A DNA stretch of 62,408 bases, counting the filler. It is 3 parts of 3 records of this genome, joined end to end, with 100 filler letters (N's around TTAATTAATTAA, not from the genome) between each part and the next. Parts side by side here need not be neighbours in the genome. Positions count along the whole stretch, not along the records: positions 1 to 28,219 come from SRR20825019_709; 2 more parts are not named here. The stretch is one strand, 5' to 3'. The first letter of the stretch is position 1; the number at the start of each line of letters is the position of its first letter. The position numbers and the translations under genes were made by a program. Shown one piece after another: positions 1 to 11,899 of the stretch. Below the pieces are notes generated by a model. It did no database searches, was not told where the DNA came from, and saw nothing but the letters and a program-made list of their open reading frames with translations.

Positions 1-23
1 CCCCCCCCCCCCCCCCCCCCCCC
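1..23. repeat. Poly-C homopolymer at contig start
   Basis: 23 consecutive C; a C24 run also ends the window. Confidence 0.95.
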
Positions 24-250
24 ACGACCCGTCCAAGGCCTCGGGTCTCAGACCTAGATGTTGGCCGGGGCTGCCTTTATTCCGAGCCCCGTGCTAAACA
101 GCCTGAGAGCATGGTCGGATGCCTTTCAATAGTGACAGAGAGTGTAGCAACCCAGAGCTAGCACGGAAACAATTCAAGCTGACAGAAGCCGCCGCCCAGC
201 TTCAAGTATAGCTACTACGCTAGCAGCATATGTGCCGCAGTGAAGTTGGA

Positions 251-1846
<1,596 letters not shown>

Positions 1847-1889
1847 AATCACTAAAATGACTTAAGTCGAGCAGGTAACCATTTGAAAT

Positions 1890-3667
1890 TTACTTCTTCC
1901 CGCCGCGTCCGCCGCGCCCACCTCCGCGCCCTCCCCCGCGCCCTCCCCGCGAAGGTCCCTTCCTAACCGCGGCCTTTCCGCTGCATGCAATGTCAGTCCC
2001 ATCCAAGAATGCAGTGGACATATCACATACCCTGTTGGGATTCCGTCCCTCTTCGCAATCTTAGACGCCTTGATGATTTGGGCATTCAACTTGTTGGCAG
2101 GGCTCTTTGCCTTGCCACCCGACTTCGGCTTAGGTGCTGAATTAGGTGCTTTCTTAAGCCTCGGCAAGTCACCCTCTACAGCCTTCGCTCCCTGCCATGC
2201 CGGCCCTTCTCCTGCTGCTGCCGCCGCTTCAGCAGCCTGGCGTGCCTTCCGCGCTGCATGCTTGGGTTTTTTGGGCTTTTCACCTGATCATTATCTCAGA
2301 CGAGGCATAAACTCCGCGTTTGTCCCATTACATACCTTTCTCTGTGGTTTCGTCCCGTTTGCGTTTATTATCTCCCTCGCTCTTGCCACTCTTCGGCCCC
2401 GCATTCTTGGCACCCTTCATCTTGTTCTCCGGGTCCTCAACCGCTTTAAAAACACGAATCTCACGGCCCTCAAACTCGGATTTGTGGAGTTTGATGGCCT
2501 GCTTAACTGAAGTCTTTTCCTCAAATTTGACATATGCAAAGCCCTTGCCCTCGTTTGTGCGCTTGTCCCTAACTACACGAACACTAACCACAGTTCCGAC
2601 AGATTCAAAATGATTCCAGATTGTTTCCTCCGTTATTTCTATTGCCGAGAAGGTAAGTCCTTCTCGACAGCATACTGGTACAGAACTTACTGAAAGGCAG
2701 ATTTCCCACAAATATGGATGACTCTGTGTCCTTGGAATTGCTGCCATCGGCCAGATCGACACGCAGATGCTTCCCTTCGAATACCTCGCCGTTCTTTTCA
2801 CATGCCTTTGTAGCGCTTTCTTTGTCCTTAAAGCAGACGTAGCATATCTGAACATCAACGCTTTCTTTTGTGGCAACTTTAGCCTGGGCTGCTAACTTCC
2901 TTGGGAGCTTGGTTTGCTCATAGTCAAACGGTACCGCGCGAAATCGAACTGACTCAACAGCGCCATAGGACTTGAACAACTGCTCCATTTTCTGCACGTC
3001 GTAGTCAGCTCTTGCCCATTCTGAACACCAAAACAGTCTACCTTCTTCTTAACAGAAATAGGAACATTACCGACAAACACGGTTCTCTCGTTTTTCTCTT
3101 TTCTTGCCGCGATCTCGTCCTTGGTGAGACGTGTCCGGGATTTCTATGGTAACTCTGTAAACTGAAACTCGGGAATGTTTACCAAAGTGCCTACCTTATT
3201 CGGCTTAGCTTCGTCATCGCTATCGTCAGCTGCCGCACGCTTCTTCTTCTCCTTTTTCTCTGCCTTCTCGACCTCTTCATCCTCCTTCTTCAAGCGCGCT
3301 GCCCATATCTATAAACACTTGCTCAACACGAAGTGATGTGACTACCCTCACCTTGTTCCTCCAATACTGAAACGTGAACAAGGGGCGCCCCATCTTCGTC
3401 CACAGCAAGCGGCTGGCTGGGGGAAGGAGCAGCCTTATTGTCCTTCTTCTTTTCTTTCTTTTCCTTCTTTTTCTTCGCAAGTTCCTTGGCAGGTTTCTTG
3501 GTCACTTCTTCCTTATCATGACTCCTAGGAGCTGCGGGGGGAGGTGCGGCGGATGGGTCGAATAGAGCTGCAAGTGCAGGATCCACCTTGGTTTCACCAA
3601 GGAGGGCTGCGCTGATACTTCCACCAACGCCCTCGTCCTTCTTTGCGGCTTTCGTTTTCGATGGCAT
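1890..3667 (-). CDS. RBM34: Nucleolar two-RRM protein (RBM34/Nop12-like), multi-exon
   Basis: Lys-rich N-terminus MPSKTKAAKK; RRM1 (VFVGNVP...VESVRFR...CYVCF) and RRM2 (SIFVGNLPF...VRVVRD...GKGFAYVKF); C-terminal RGG tail ending TAA at 1890; several ~50-nt introns. Confidence 0.85.
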
Positions 3668-3859
3668 TCTGCTTGTCTCACTCAGATAGTGCGGAGTTCC
3701 CTTAATATATGTAGGCCAGCGAGCTGCCCACAGGCCAGCCCAACTGACACAATAGCCATACACAACTCTTACCAGTGCTTCGGCCTCCGCCTAGTGGCCG
3801 GGCTGTATAATTGAGCCCTCACATGTCTCCAGCGCTGGACACAAAGCGGCTACCACCGG

Positions 3860-4030
3860 GAGTGCTTCGCAGGGAAGTGCTCCAGGCGCTGGCAGCCGGC
3901 CACCCCGGGGCGGGGACCGATTGGGTGGGCTCAGGGGTACCGTCCCGGCGTCCCCCCGCCGGTTGCCAGTAGTGACCGGACCGGGGGGGCCACGCCGCCG
4001 GATCGGGCCACTCCGATGGAACCCTGAGAT
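3860..4030. promoter_or_regulatory. GC-rich island upstream of RBM34-like gene
   Basis: Local jump in G+C with CCGG/GGCC runs and ATTGG (reverse CCAAT) at 3920; boundaries approximate. Confidence 0.5.
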
Positions 4031-4159
4031 CGCCCCTGATTCATTGCCCGGAACGTGCCGATAATTTCCACGCAACGCTAGTTATGGGTGGCGCCGTTGT
4101 CCCATAATCACCAGAAGTACGATAGTTTCCGTTTGATCAATCGTGTTTATTTTATATCC

Positions 4160-7100
4160 TCAGATGTTGTCGAAGTCATACTGACTTCCAGGGCTGTCTA
4201 TGGAGATGGGGGGTAGGTCGTCATCGCTGCCGCTAGAAGTACTAGCATCAAAGATGGAAGGGTCAGGGAAACCATCCGATGTTGTGGGAAGTTCATCCAT
4301 GCTCGATTCCGCAGAGTCAGTCACGTCCGAGGACTTCTTTGCGAAGTGGGCGAGACTGAGCTTTCCAGCCCCAGCACCCCGAACATGGACACCAGATTTG
4401 TCGACTACAGTTCCACTCATGCCCTTGCCTTCCGCACTGGAAGCGGCAGCCTCGGTAAGTGCAGCCAGTTTGGTTCCGGTCTTCTTCTTGAGTTTATCCA
4501 GCGCTTCGTGGCACTTTTTGCATGCCAACTCTTTGCCGATGACAATGAGTTTGTGGCCTGGTTTCTTGCCAGACTGGCTGCCACACTTCTTGGCGCACTC
4601 AAGATGCTCGGCCTGACACTTTCCATCTACGCAAGTGCCAGAAATACACTGTGCATTCCTAGTACATTCCCCGCCCGTCTTAACCCCAGTGCATTCTCCA
4701 TTGACGCAATTCCCGCTTGAACAACTGTCGCTGCTAACACAGTTGTCCCCAGGCTGGCCCTTACCCCGGCAGCGACCACCAACACAAGTTCCTGTTGCGC
4801 ATTCGGCGCCACTTGAGCAAGTGTCTCCTGACTTTCCGCCAGCGCATGCTCCATTGGTGCAGACCCCACTGGCGCATTCGTTTGCCCCCATACACTTGGC
4901 ACCCGATGGTGAGCCGACGCACTTGCCATCGACGCAACGGCCACTGGCACACGCGGCGTCCAAGTTGCAGTTGCCACCAGTAGGTGCACCAACACAGTAC
5001 CCACCAATGCATGAACCAGACATACAATCATTGCCGCCATTGCATGGAGTCTTGTCGCCGCCCTTGGAGCACACTCCATTCTGGCACTGTCCACTTGTGC
5101 ATTGAGATCCACTACTGCAAGAATTACCAGAGCCAAAGCCGCGGCAATATCCGTCGATGCACTGGCCACCGTTGCGGCAAGGACTCGCAGGGCCGCAAGC
5201 ATCGCCGGCGGTCTTGCCCCCTCCATTGACACAGGAAGGAGCTGCAAATCCTGGGCTGCATTCACACTGACCCAAAATGCACGCACCGTGACCATTGCAC
5301 ATGCCAGGGCAAGCGGAACCATCGGAAGTGGCTCCGCAATCAGAACCACCGTAGCCTGGCTGGCATTCGCACTGGCCAGACTTGCACACGCCGTGGTTGT
5401 TGCAATTCTTGGGGCATGCAGTTCCATCACCAGTAGCACTACAATCCTCACCAGCAAATCCGGGAGAGCAAACACACCGACCCTGCACACAGGCACCGTG
5501 GTTATTGCAATCGCCAGAGCACGCAGTTCCATCACCCTTGGTCTTGCATGACACGCCTCCAAAGCCTTTGTGGCATACGCAGCCATGCTCAGTGCAGACA
5601 CCATTACCGTTGCAGTCGTCAGGGCAAGACAGCTTCTTGGTCAGAGGCTTGGGACCTCCAGATCCACTGGAAGGAATAGCCTTTTGAGCGTCTCCAGGGT
5701 TGTACTTACAGTGCGTGTGACACTTGTCGGTGCACATCAATGTACATCCCTCTACATCCACATTCCCAGTACAAAGTTCCTTCTCGCAATCGCCCATGCA
5801 CCATTGGGCGCACGCAGGCTGGTCAACGATCTCCGAACAGTCGACACCGGACACTCCCGGATGGCAAGTACACTTGCCATCAACACAAGCGCCACGTCCG
5901 GAGCAATCGTTGGGGCAGATTGCTTGAGAGCAATCATCGCCGCCAAAGAGAGGGTAGCAGTTGCAAGAGCCAGTGTTTCCGTCGCAGTAGCCGTGGTTAG
6001 AACAGTTATTGGGACAGAGAATGAACTGACAGTCCCATCCTCCATACGGATACGTGCATTCGCAGTTTCCGAGATTGCATTCACCGTGGCCGAAGCAGTT
6101 GTTGGGGCAGCCAGGGGCACTGCAGTCGGCCCCTGCAAAGTTACCAGAGCATACACACACACAGTTGCCGTCCTCTCCACACTTACACTCGCCATTTCCG
6201 TTGCAATTGTTGGGGCACACCTGGCGCTCGCACTGATCACCCTCGCGACCGAGCTCGCACTCGCACTTGCCATCAACACAACGCCCATGGCCCGTGCAGT
6301 TCCCTGGGCAGTCACCCTCCACGGAACAATCGTCACCAGTGTAGCCCTTAGAGCAGAAGCACTGCCCATCGCTGCAGAAGCCGTGATCACTGCATTCGTT
6401 GGGGCATGTCTTAGTGGCGCAATCATGGCCACCATACCCAGGCTTGCACACGCATTTGCCATTCAAGCAGTACCCATGCCCTGAGCAGCCGGTCTGACAG
6501 CCAGTGAGGGAGCAATCCTCACCAGAGTAAGGTGGAATACAGCGGCACTTCCCGTTGTAGCAGTTGCCATTGCCTGTACAGTTGTTGGGACAGCTCTTCT
6601 CAAAGCAATCACCTCCAGAGTAGCCCTTGTCACACTGGCAAAATCCGTCGACGCATTTGCCATGGTTGGAACAGTCATTGGGGCAGCCTCCAAGGGAGCA
6701 GTCGGCACCGAAGTACCCACCCTTGCACACGCACATCTTATTCTGGCAAGTTCCATGACCAGTGCAGTTGTTGGGGCATGTCACAACAGAGCAATCTTTG
6801 CCCTGCACCCCGGAGAAGCACTCGCAAACGCCATCGTTGCAGTTGCCATTGCCGGAGCAGTCATTGGGGCATGACCGGGAGGCACAATCTTGGCCACCAA
6901 AGCCAGGCTTGCAGAAGCACGTGCCGTTGTAGCATTTTCCGCGGCCAGAGCACTCGTTGGGGCAAGTATGATAGCTACAATCTTCTCCGCCAAATCCTTC
7001 CGCACACTTGCACTTTCCATCGTCGGAGCAGGCACCGTGACCACTGCAATCGTGGAGACAAGACTTGCGCGCACAATCGTCACCAGTGTATGGATCGTCG

Positions 7101-9970
7101 CACACACAGTCTCCCTCGTAGCAGTGACCGTGTCCTCCGCAGTTTCCAGGGCAAGTGAAGTCAGAACAGTCGTCTCCGCCGTAACCCTTGCCACGCTCAT
7201 CCTGGAAGCAGCTGCATGTACCATTCAAGCACACGCCGCGATTAGAGCACACAGCTTGGCCATCTCCTGTGGGGCACTCGCGGGAATTGCAGTTCTCCAT
7301 CGTCCAGCCTTCATTACATTTGCAAGTGCCATCGAAACATGTTCCGTGGCCATTGCATCCATCAGGACACTTCTTGGCACCACAGTCGTCACCTTCATAA
7401 CCGTCCGCACACTTGCAAAGTCCGTCAATACACTGGCCGTGGCCACTGCAGTTACCAAGGCAGGTCTTCTCTCCACAGTAGACACCAGAGTAGCCCTCAT
7501 TGCACACGCATGTTCCGTTGTTGCATACTCCCTTGCCGACGCAATCGCGAGGGCAGCGAACATGGCCACAGTCGGCACCTGTATAGCCTTCGTTACACAC
7601 ACAGGTACCATTGTAGCAGTATCCACGGCCAAGGCAGCTCTTCTTTGCATCGCAATTGCGAACCTCACAGGTAGTGCCTTCCCAGCCATCATTGCAGACG
7701 CATTGGCCGTCGTTGCACTTTCCATTGGGCCCACAGGCGGGGTCACATGTCTTCTCCTCACAGGTGGGACCAGTGAACCCAGCATCACACTCGCAAGTTC
7801 CATTGTTGCAGAATCCACGATTGCTGCATCCGCCAACACAGAGCTTCTTGTTGCAATCGTTGCCATTGAAACCGGGGTTGCAAACGCAGGCACCCTCGAC
7901 ACAGCGACCATTACCAAAGCAATTGTTGGGGCATGGTTTGATGGCGGAACAATCCTGGCCTTCGTAAGGAGAACGGCAAACACACTGTCCCACAACACAT
8001 TTTCCATGGCCCTGGCAATCATTGGGGCAAGCCTTGGTTTCGCAGAGCTTTCCCTTAAATCCTGAGAAGCAAAGACACTCTCCATCATCACAATAACCAT
8101 TCTTGGAGCAATCGTTCTCACAAGTCCTCGTATCACAATCAGGCTCGGCATAGCCCTCGTCGCACTTGCACTTTCCAGAGGCATCACACTTGCCCTTGCC
8201 GTGACAATCACCAGGGCAAGCGATGTTGTCGCAGCTGGGGCCGGTGAAACCCACATGGCAGTGACACTTTCCATCCACGCACTCGCCTTGGTTGGCGCAG
8301 TTGTTGGGGCAAGATTTGTCGCTGCAATCCGTTCCAGTGAAACCTGTCAAACATGTGCAAGTTCCATTCTTACAAATACCCTTATCGTTGCAATCAGCCG
8401 GGCACTTCTTCTCGTTACAGGTTTCACCGTCCCAGCCGTCAAAGCACGTGCATGTCCCCGAGTCACAAGCACCATGGCCGGCACAGTTAGCAGGACATGC
8501 CCTGTCTTGACACGACGGGCCTGTCCAGCCCTCAATACACTCACACTGGCCAGTTGCGCCACAATAACCCTGCTTGCTGCAATCATTTGGGCAGGAGGAT
8601 TCGGCACAGCCCTCACCAGAGCGACCAGGGAAGCACTTGCAGGTACCATTCATGCACACTCCAGCGTTATTGCAATCGCCAACACAAGGTAGCTCATCGC
8701 AGTACTCGCCAACCCAGCCATCCTGGCAAATACATTTGCCATCAGCACGGCAGACCTGATTGTTGTTGCATCCAGGAGAGCACTCCCTTGACGCACAATC
8801 ATCGCCCTGCCAGCCTTCCTCGCACTTGCACTCGCCGCGTTCGCAAGTTCCATGACCAGCACAGTCATCCGGGCAAGTTTTTTCGGAACAGGTTTCACCA
8901 TAATAGGGTGGATAGCACAAGCACTGGCCCGTTGCCGCATTGCAAGCACCATGACCATTGCAATCATCCAAGCAAGGTCCCCCCTGATCGCAAGCCTTTC
9001 CCATAAATCCTGGATCGCAGGTGCAAACACCATTGTCGTCGCACTGACCATGGCCACTGCAGTTCTTGGGGCAGCCAATCCTATTGCAAGCGTCGCCAGT
9101 CCAGCCGTCATCACACTTGCAACCGGTATTCTGCAAACAGGAACCGTGGCTGTCACAGATGCCATTATCGGTTTCAGGGCAAACCTTGGAAGCACAGTCA
9201 TCACCCTTCCATCCCGTCTGGCAGCGGCAAGCTCCAATTTCAGTGTTGCAGGTGCCATGCCCGCTGCAGTGCACCATCACAGTGTCATTGTGACCCTCAG
9301 GCATGGGATTCATGGGCTGTTGGGAGCCCGGGCACACCTTCGAACCGCACGACCAGCCGTAAAAGGGCTCATCGCAGTGGCACAAGCCTGACTTGCACCC
9401 GCCATGGCCACTGCAGATCTTGTTGTCTGCATTCTTAGGGCACTCTCTAACTCCACAAAGACCACCCTCCCAGCCGGAATCACATATGCACTTGTTACTT
9501 CCGTCACAGTGGCCATGACCATTACAAAAGCAGATGTTCTCGTCGCAAAACTCTCCGCCGAACCCATTCTCACACCTGCACTCGCCATTCAAACATTTGC
9601 CGTGAGGTCCGCACCCATTAGGTCCACAGCTCTTGGAGTTGCAAGTGGGGCCGTTCCAGTCTCGGAAGCACATGCACTTTCCTTCCGGAGAGCAAGTGCC
9701 GTGTCCGCTACAGTTATCCTTACAACGAGGCTGATTGCACGCTGGACCTTCAAAGTTTGGCGTGCACACACACTTTGGGGGAGTAAAGTCCTTATCACAT
9801 AAACCGTGTCCTGAACAGTCAGACGGGACACACTCCACTAGTTCCGTAAAATCCGCATCCAGAACCGGAATCATCCCTGCTGATGGACGGACGGCCTCTC
9901 CATATGTTGCCAATACCAAAACCACCAGGGCAACCCACAGGCCGGAAGGCTTGAGGGGCCACATTCTCAT
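4160..9970 (-). CDS. Secreted tenascin-type EGF-repeat protein, 1936 aa, intronless
   Basis: Signal peptide (LWVALVVLVLATYGEA); 41+4 repeats of the CPNDCSGHGxCxxGxCxCxxGxxGxDC type counted by eye; 8 shorter 4-Cys repeats; acidic tail; no TM segment. Confidence 0.92.
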   Translation of the reverse strand: MRMWPLKPSGLWVALVVLVLATYGEAVRPSAGMIPVLDADFTELVECVPSDCSGHGLCDKDFTPPKCVCTPNFEGPACNQPRCKDNCSGHGTCSPEGKCMCFRDWNGPTCNSKSCGPNGCGPHGKCLNGECRCENGFGGEFCDENICFCNGHGHCDGSNKCICDSGWEGGLCGVRECPKNADNKICSGHGGCKSGLCHCDEPFYGWSCGSKVCPGSQQPMNPMPEGHNDTVMVHCSGHGTCNTEIGACRCQTGWKGDDCASKVCPETDNGICDSHGSCLQNTGCKCDDGWTGDACNRIGCPKNCSGHGQCDDNGVCTCDPGFMGKACDQGGPCLDDCNGHGACNAATGQCLCYPPYYGETCSEKTCPDDCAGHGTCERGECKCEEGWQGDDCASRECSPGCNNNQVCRADGKCICQDGWVGEYCDELPCVGDCNNAGVCMNGTCKCFPGRSGEGCAESSCPNDCSKQGYCGATGQCECIEGWTGPSCQDRACPANCAGHGACDSGTCTCFDGWDGETCNEKKCPADCNDKGICKNGTCTCLTGFTGTDCSDKSCPNNCANQGECVDGKCHCHVGFTGPSCDNIACPGDCHGKGKCDASGKCKCDEGYAEPDCDTRTCENDCSKNGYCDDGECLCFSGFKGKLCETKACPNDCQGHGKCVVGQCVCRSPYEGQDCSAIKPCPNNCFGNGRCVEGACVCNPGFNGNDCNKKLCVGGCSNRGFCNNGTCECDAGFTGPTCEEKTCDPACGPNGKCNDGQCVCNDGWEGTTCEVRNCDAKKSCLGRGYCYNGTCVCNEGYTGADCGHVRCPRDCVGKGVCNNGTCVCNEGYSGVYCGEKTCLGNCSGHGQCIDGLCKCADGYEGDDCGAKKCPDGCNGHGTCFDGTCKCNEGWTMENCNSRECPTGDGQAVCSNRGVCLNGTCSCFQDERGKGYGGDDCSDFTCPGNCGGHGHCYEGDCVCDDPYTGDDCARKSCLHDCSGHGACSDDGKCKCAEGFGGEDCSYHTCPNECSGRGKCYNGTCFCKPGFGGQDCASRSCPNDCSGNGNCNDGVCECFSGVQGKDCSVVTCPNNCTGHGTCQNKMCVCKGGYFGADCSLGGCPNDCSNHGKCVDGFCQCDKGYSGGDCFEKSCPNNCTGNGNCYNGKCRCIPPYSGEDCSLTGCQTGCSGHGYCLNGKCVCKPGYGGHDCATKTCPNECSDHGFCSDGQCFCSKGYTGDDCSVEGDCPGNCTGHGRCVDGKCECELGREGDQCERQVCPNNCNGNGECKCGEDGNCVCVCSGNFAGADCSAPGCPNNCFGHGECNLGNCECTYPYGGWDCQFILCPNNCSNHGYCDGNTGSCNCYPLFGGDDCSQAICPNDCSGRGACVDGKCTCHPGVSGVDCSEIVDQPACAQWCMGDCEKELCTGNVDVEGCTLMCTDKCHTHCKYNPGDAQKAIPSSGSGGPKPLTKKLSCPDDCNGNGVCTEHGCVCHKGFGGVSCKTKGDGTACSGDCNNHGACVQGRCVCSPGFAGEDCSATGDGTACPKNCNNHGVCKSGQCECQPGYGGSDCGATSDGSACPGMCNGHGACILGQCECSPGFAAPSCVNGGGKTAGDACGPASPCRNGGQCIDGYCRGFGSGNSCSSGSQCTSGQCQNGVCSKGGDKTPCNGGNDCMSGSCIGGYCVGAPTGGNCNLDAACASGRCVDGKCVGSPSGAKCMGANECASGVCTNGACAGGKSGDTCSSGAECATGTCVGGRCRGKGQPGDNCVSSDSCSSGNCVNGECTGVKTGGECTRNAQCISGTCVDGKCQAEHLECAKKCGSQSGKKPGHKLIVIGKELACKKCHEALDKLKKKTGTKLAALTEAAASSAEGKGMSGTVVDKSGVHVRGAGAGKLSLAHFAKKSSDVTDSAESSMDELPTTSDGFPDPSIFDASTSSGSDDDLPPISIDSPGSQYDFDNI

Positions 9971-10319
9971 CTAATGATGGCTTTGCCAAAGGCTTGCTTC
10001 AGCACAAATAGGGCAGCGTACATTTGCATAAACTGCATACACCACATATCTATAACCGGTTAGCGGGACCTTGAAGGCCGAACACGCCAGGTCGCAATGG
10101 ATTGGGTGGGTATCTTGTGATGGAGGCATGAGTAGAGGCCGGCCGGAACAGGCTATGAGATTGAACGGCTGTCTGACTTACTCACAGCTCGAATTCGGAG
10201 AACCAAACCAACATCTTCCGTCGGTAGTGTCACAAGGCAGAGGAGGGTCTCTCGCAACTTTGATCGAAGCGTAAGATATCTTTCAGAATTTGTAGTGAGA
10301 TCGTTATTTCAAGATCTGC

Positions 10320-10630
10320 GATCTTTCTTGTGCCAATCAAGTCCCCAACTGGGGAGACTAAAATTTGGCGCCAAGGAGTCACGGCAGTGCAACGGCCGGC
10401 GCGCCGGCGGGCCGCGGCCCGGCCAATCGGCGACGGCCGCAGTGCGGGGCCGCCGGCCCCGGGCCGGGGCCGCGGCCACGGCGGGGCCGCCCCCGCGGGG
10501 CCCGACCCGGGCCTGGCCAGCCACTCGTCAACCCTGGCAGCCGGCGGGGCGGCTCACGGCCTCGAGTCGTACGAGACTGTATTTGGCGAAGCGACCCCCT
10601 CTGCGCGGCGGCGGCGGCCGCTCGCAGTGG
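10320..10630. promoter_or_regulatory. GC-rich divergent promoter island with E2F-like and CCAAT sites
   Basis: TTTGGCGC at 10364-10371 (palindrome TTGGCGCCAA), TTTGGCG at 10582, CCAAT at 10333 and 10423; lies between divergent EGF and MZT2-like genes. Confidence 0.55.
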
Positions 10631-10647
10631 CATATATTTCCTGGCTG

Positions 10648-11097
10648 ATGGAAGACACTAATGGCAGAGTGCTTCCAAGATCACGAAGAAACTCACTTAC
10701 CATGGATGTTGTTCGGTTAGGTCGTGGTAAGGGCTGTGTGTGGAAAGTGTCCTATATCATGTGGATTTAACACTCAACTTCAAGACGCAAGTGGTTCGGT
10801 TAGCAAAGTAGATGGTAAGCGCGTTTGCTTTATTCTTCTATATTACTCACAAGGATCTCACTAGAGAGCCTCTTGCACCTATGCTGTCTAGCTGGCTTTG
10901 ACATAGACCAGGAGTTTTTTCAGCTTGTAAGTTCCGGCTTGAACACCTTCGTTTCTTTGGTTGCAGCTTCTAAACTTATTGTATCACTCCAGATTCTTCA
11001 ACTCACTCGACTAAACGTCACTCCCACAGCAATTGTGGAAACCCTTAAGGCTATGAAGGCCCAAAAGTTGGAAGGAGAGCTTGGCCCTATTCACTGA
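10648..11097 (+). CDS. MZT2: MOZART2-like gamma-tubulin complex protein, 4 exons
   Basis: Introns 10727-10784, 10815-10864, 10927-10992 keep frame; spliced core ESLLHLCCLAGFDIDQEFFQLILQLTRLNVTPTAIVETLKAM resembles the MOZART2 pattern LxxLAGxxxDxxxFxIxxxLxxxNVxPxAxxxxLKxM. Confidence 0.7.
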
Positions 11098-11098
11098 T

Positions 11099-11842
11099 TT
11101 ACATGTCAGGGTAGCTTACTTCCGAGGGACATAGGGTGCAACCAAGGTTCGGTGCGACACTGGTTGCGTTTGACTTTGAGAGACGCTCGGTGAAGTGCTT
11201 CGCAACGCTTTCGGGGTGCTGAGATGCATGCCCGTACACATATACGACACCATCAATAAACTCCACTTCGGCAGTCCAGTTTGGGTTGACAAAACGCAGG
11301 TCATCGACTTCAACTTCAATGTCATCTGCACTGACATCGTGGGTACTAGTGACAGCATACGCACAAACTCCTGGTTTGCAATGTTCTGAGAATATGAGGT
11401 AATCATTCATCGCTACGACATGGAGATCGCCATTGTGCTCAGTATTAGATCCGGCAACTACTCGGCAGGGCCATGGGCCAGACTCATTCGGAAGTATGTC
11501 TCTAATTTCAAGACAACCGTATAGTACAGAACCCATGCTCGGACCAGATATCCGAGCACACCCCACGGACTTATTCTCCTTATTAAACACCGCCACCTTA
11601 GTGTCCGTCTTTTCTTGTACACCCTTGACCACATTGCCACCGCGCCCGATGAGTAACGGCCGGTGAGCCGGATCAATCGTAATTTCTACTGCACAAGGTT
11701 GACGAGGTTGACGATGGCGCCTTTGTCTATTCTTACTGGCCCCTCCACGCCCCCCTCTAAACCCTCCTGCTTGTTGGTGAGCAGACCGATACGGAAATGC
11801 TCCGCCGCCTCCGCCGCCTCCTCCTCCAGAGAGTCCGAACAT
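11099..11842 (-). CDS. KH-domain RNA-binding protein
   Basis: Gly/RGG-rich N-terminus then type I KH motif ITIDPAHRPLLIGRGGNVVKGVQEKTDTKV with GxxG loop; C-terminal half unrecognised. Confidence 0.75.
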   Translation of the reverse strand: MFGLSGGGGGGGGGAFPYRSAHQQAGGFRGGRGGASKNRQRRHRQPRQPCAVEITIDPAHRPLLIGRGGNVVKGVQEKTDTKVAVFNKENKSVGCARISGPSMGSVLYGCLEIRDILPNESGPWPCRVVAGSNTEHNGDLHVVAMNDYLIFSEHCKPGVCAYAVTSTHDVSADDIEVEVDDLRFVNPNWTAEVEFIDGVVYVYGHASQHPESVAKHFTERLSKSNATSVAPNLGCTLCPSEVSYPDM

Positions 11843-11899
11843 CCTTGGAGTAGCAAAAACCTATTGGCAGCCGAATATTCAACGAAGATACAAACGTGG

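Noticed and set aside
1-23. Terminal C-runs as telomeres
   Set aside because: No periodic telomeric unit, same-strand C-runs at both ends, and similar tracts occur internally
4509-4523. CKKCH as a c-type heme-binding motif
   Set aside because: A single occurrence in a very Cys-rich secreted protein is expected by chance
4200-9974. Many overlapping ORFs within the EGF gene
   Set aside because: Alternative-frame and antisense shadows of Cys/Gly repeat codons
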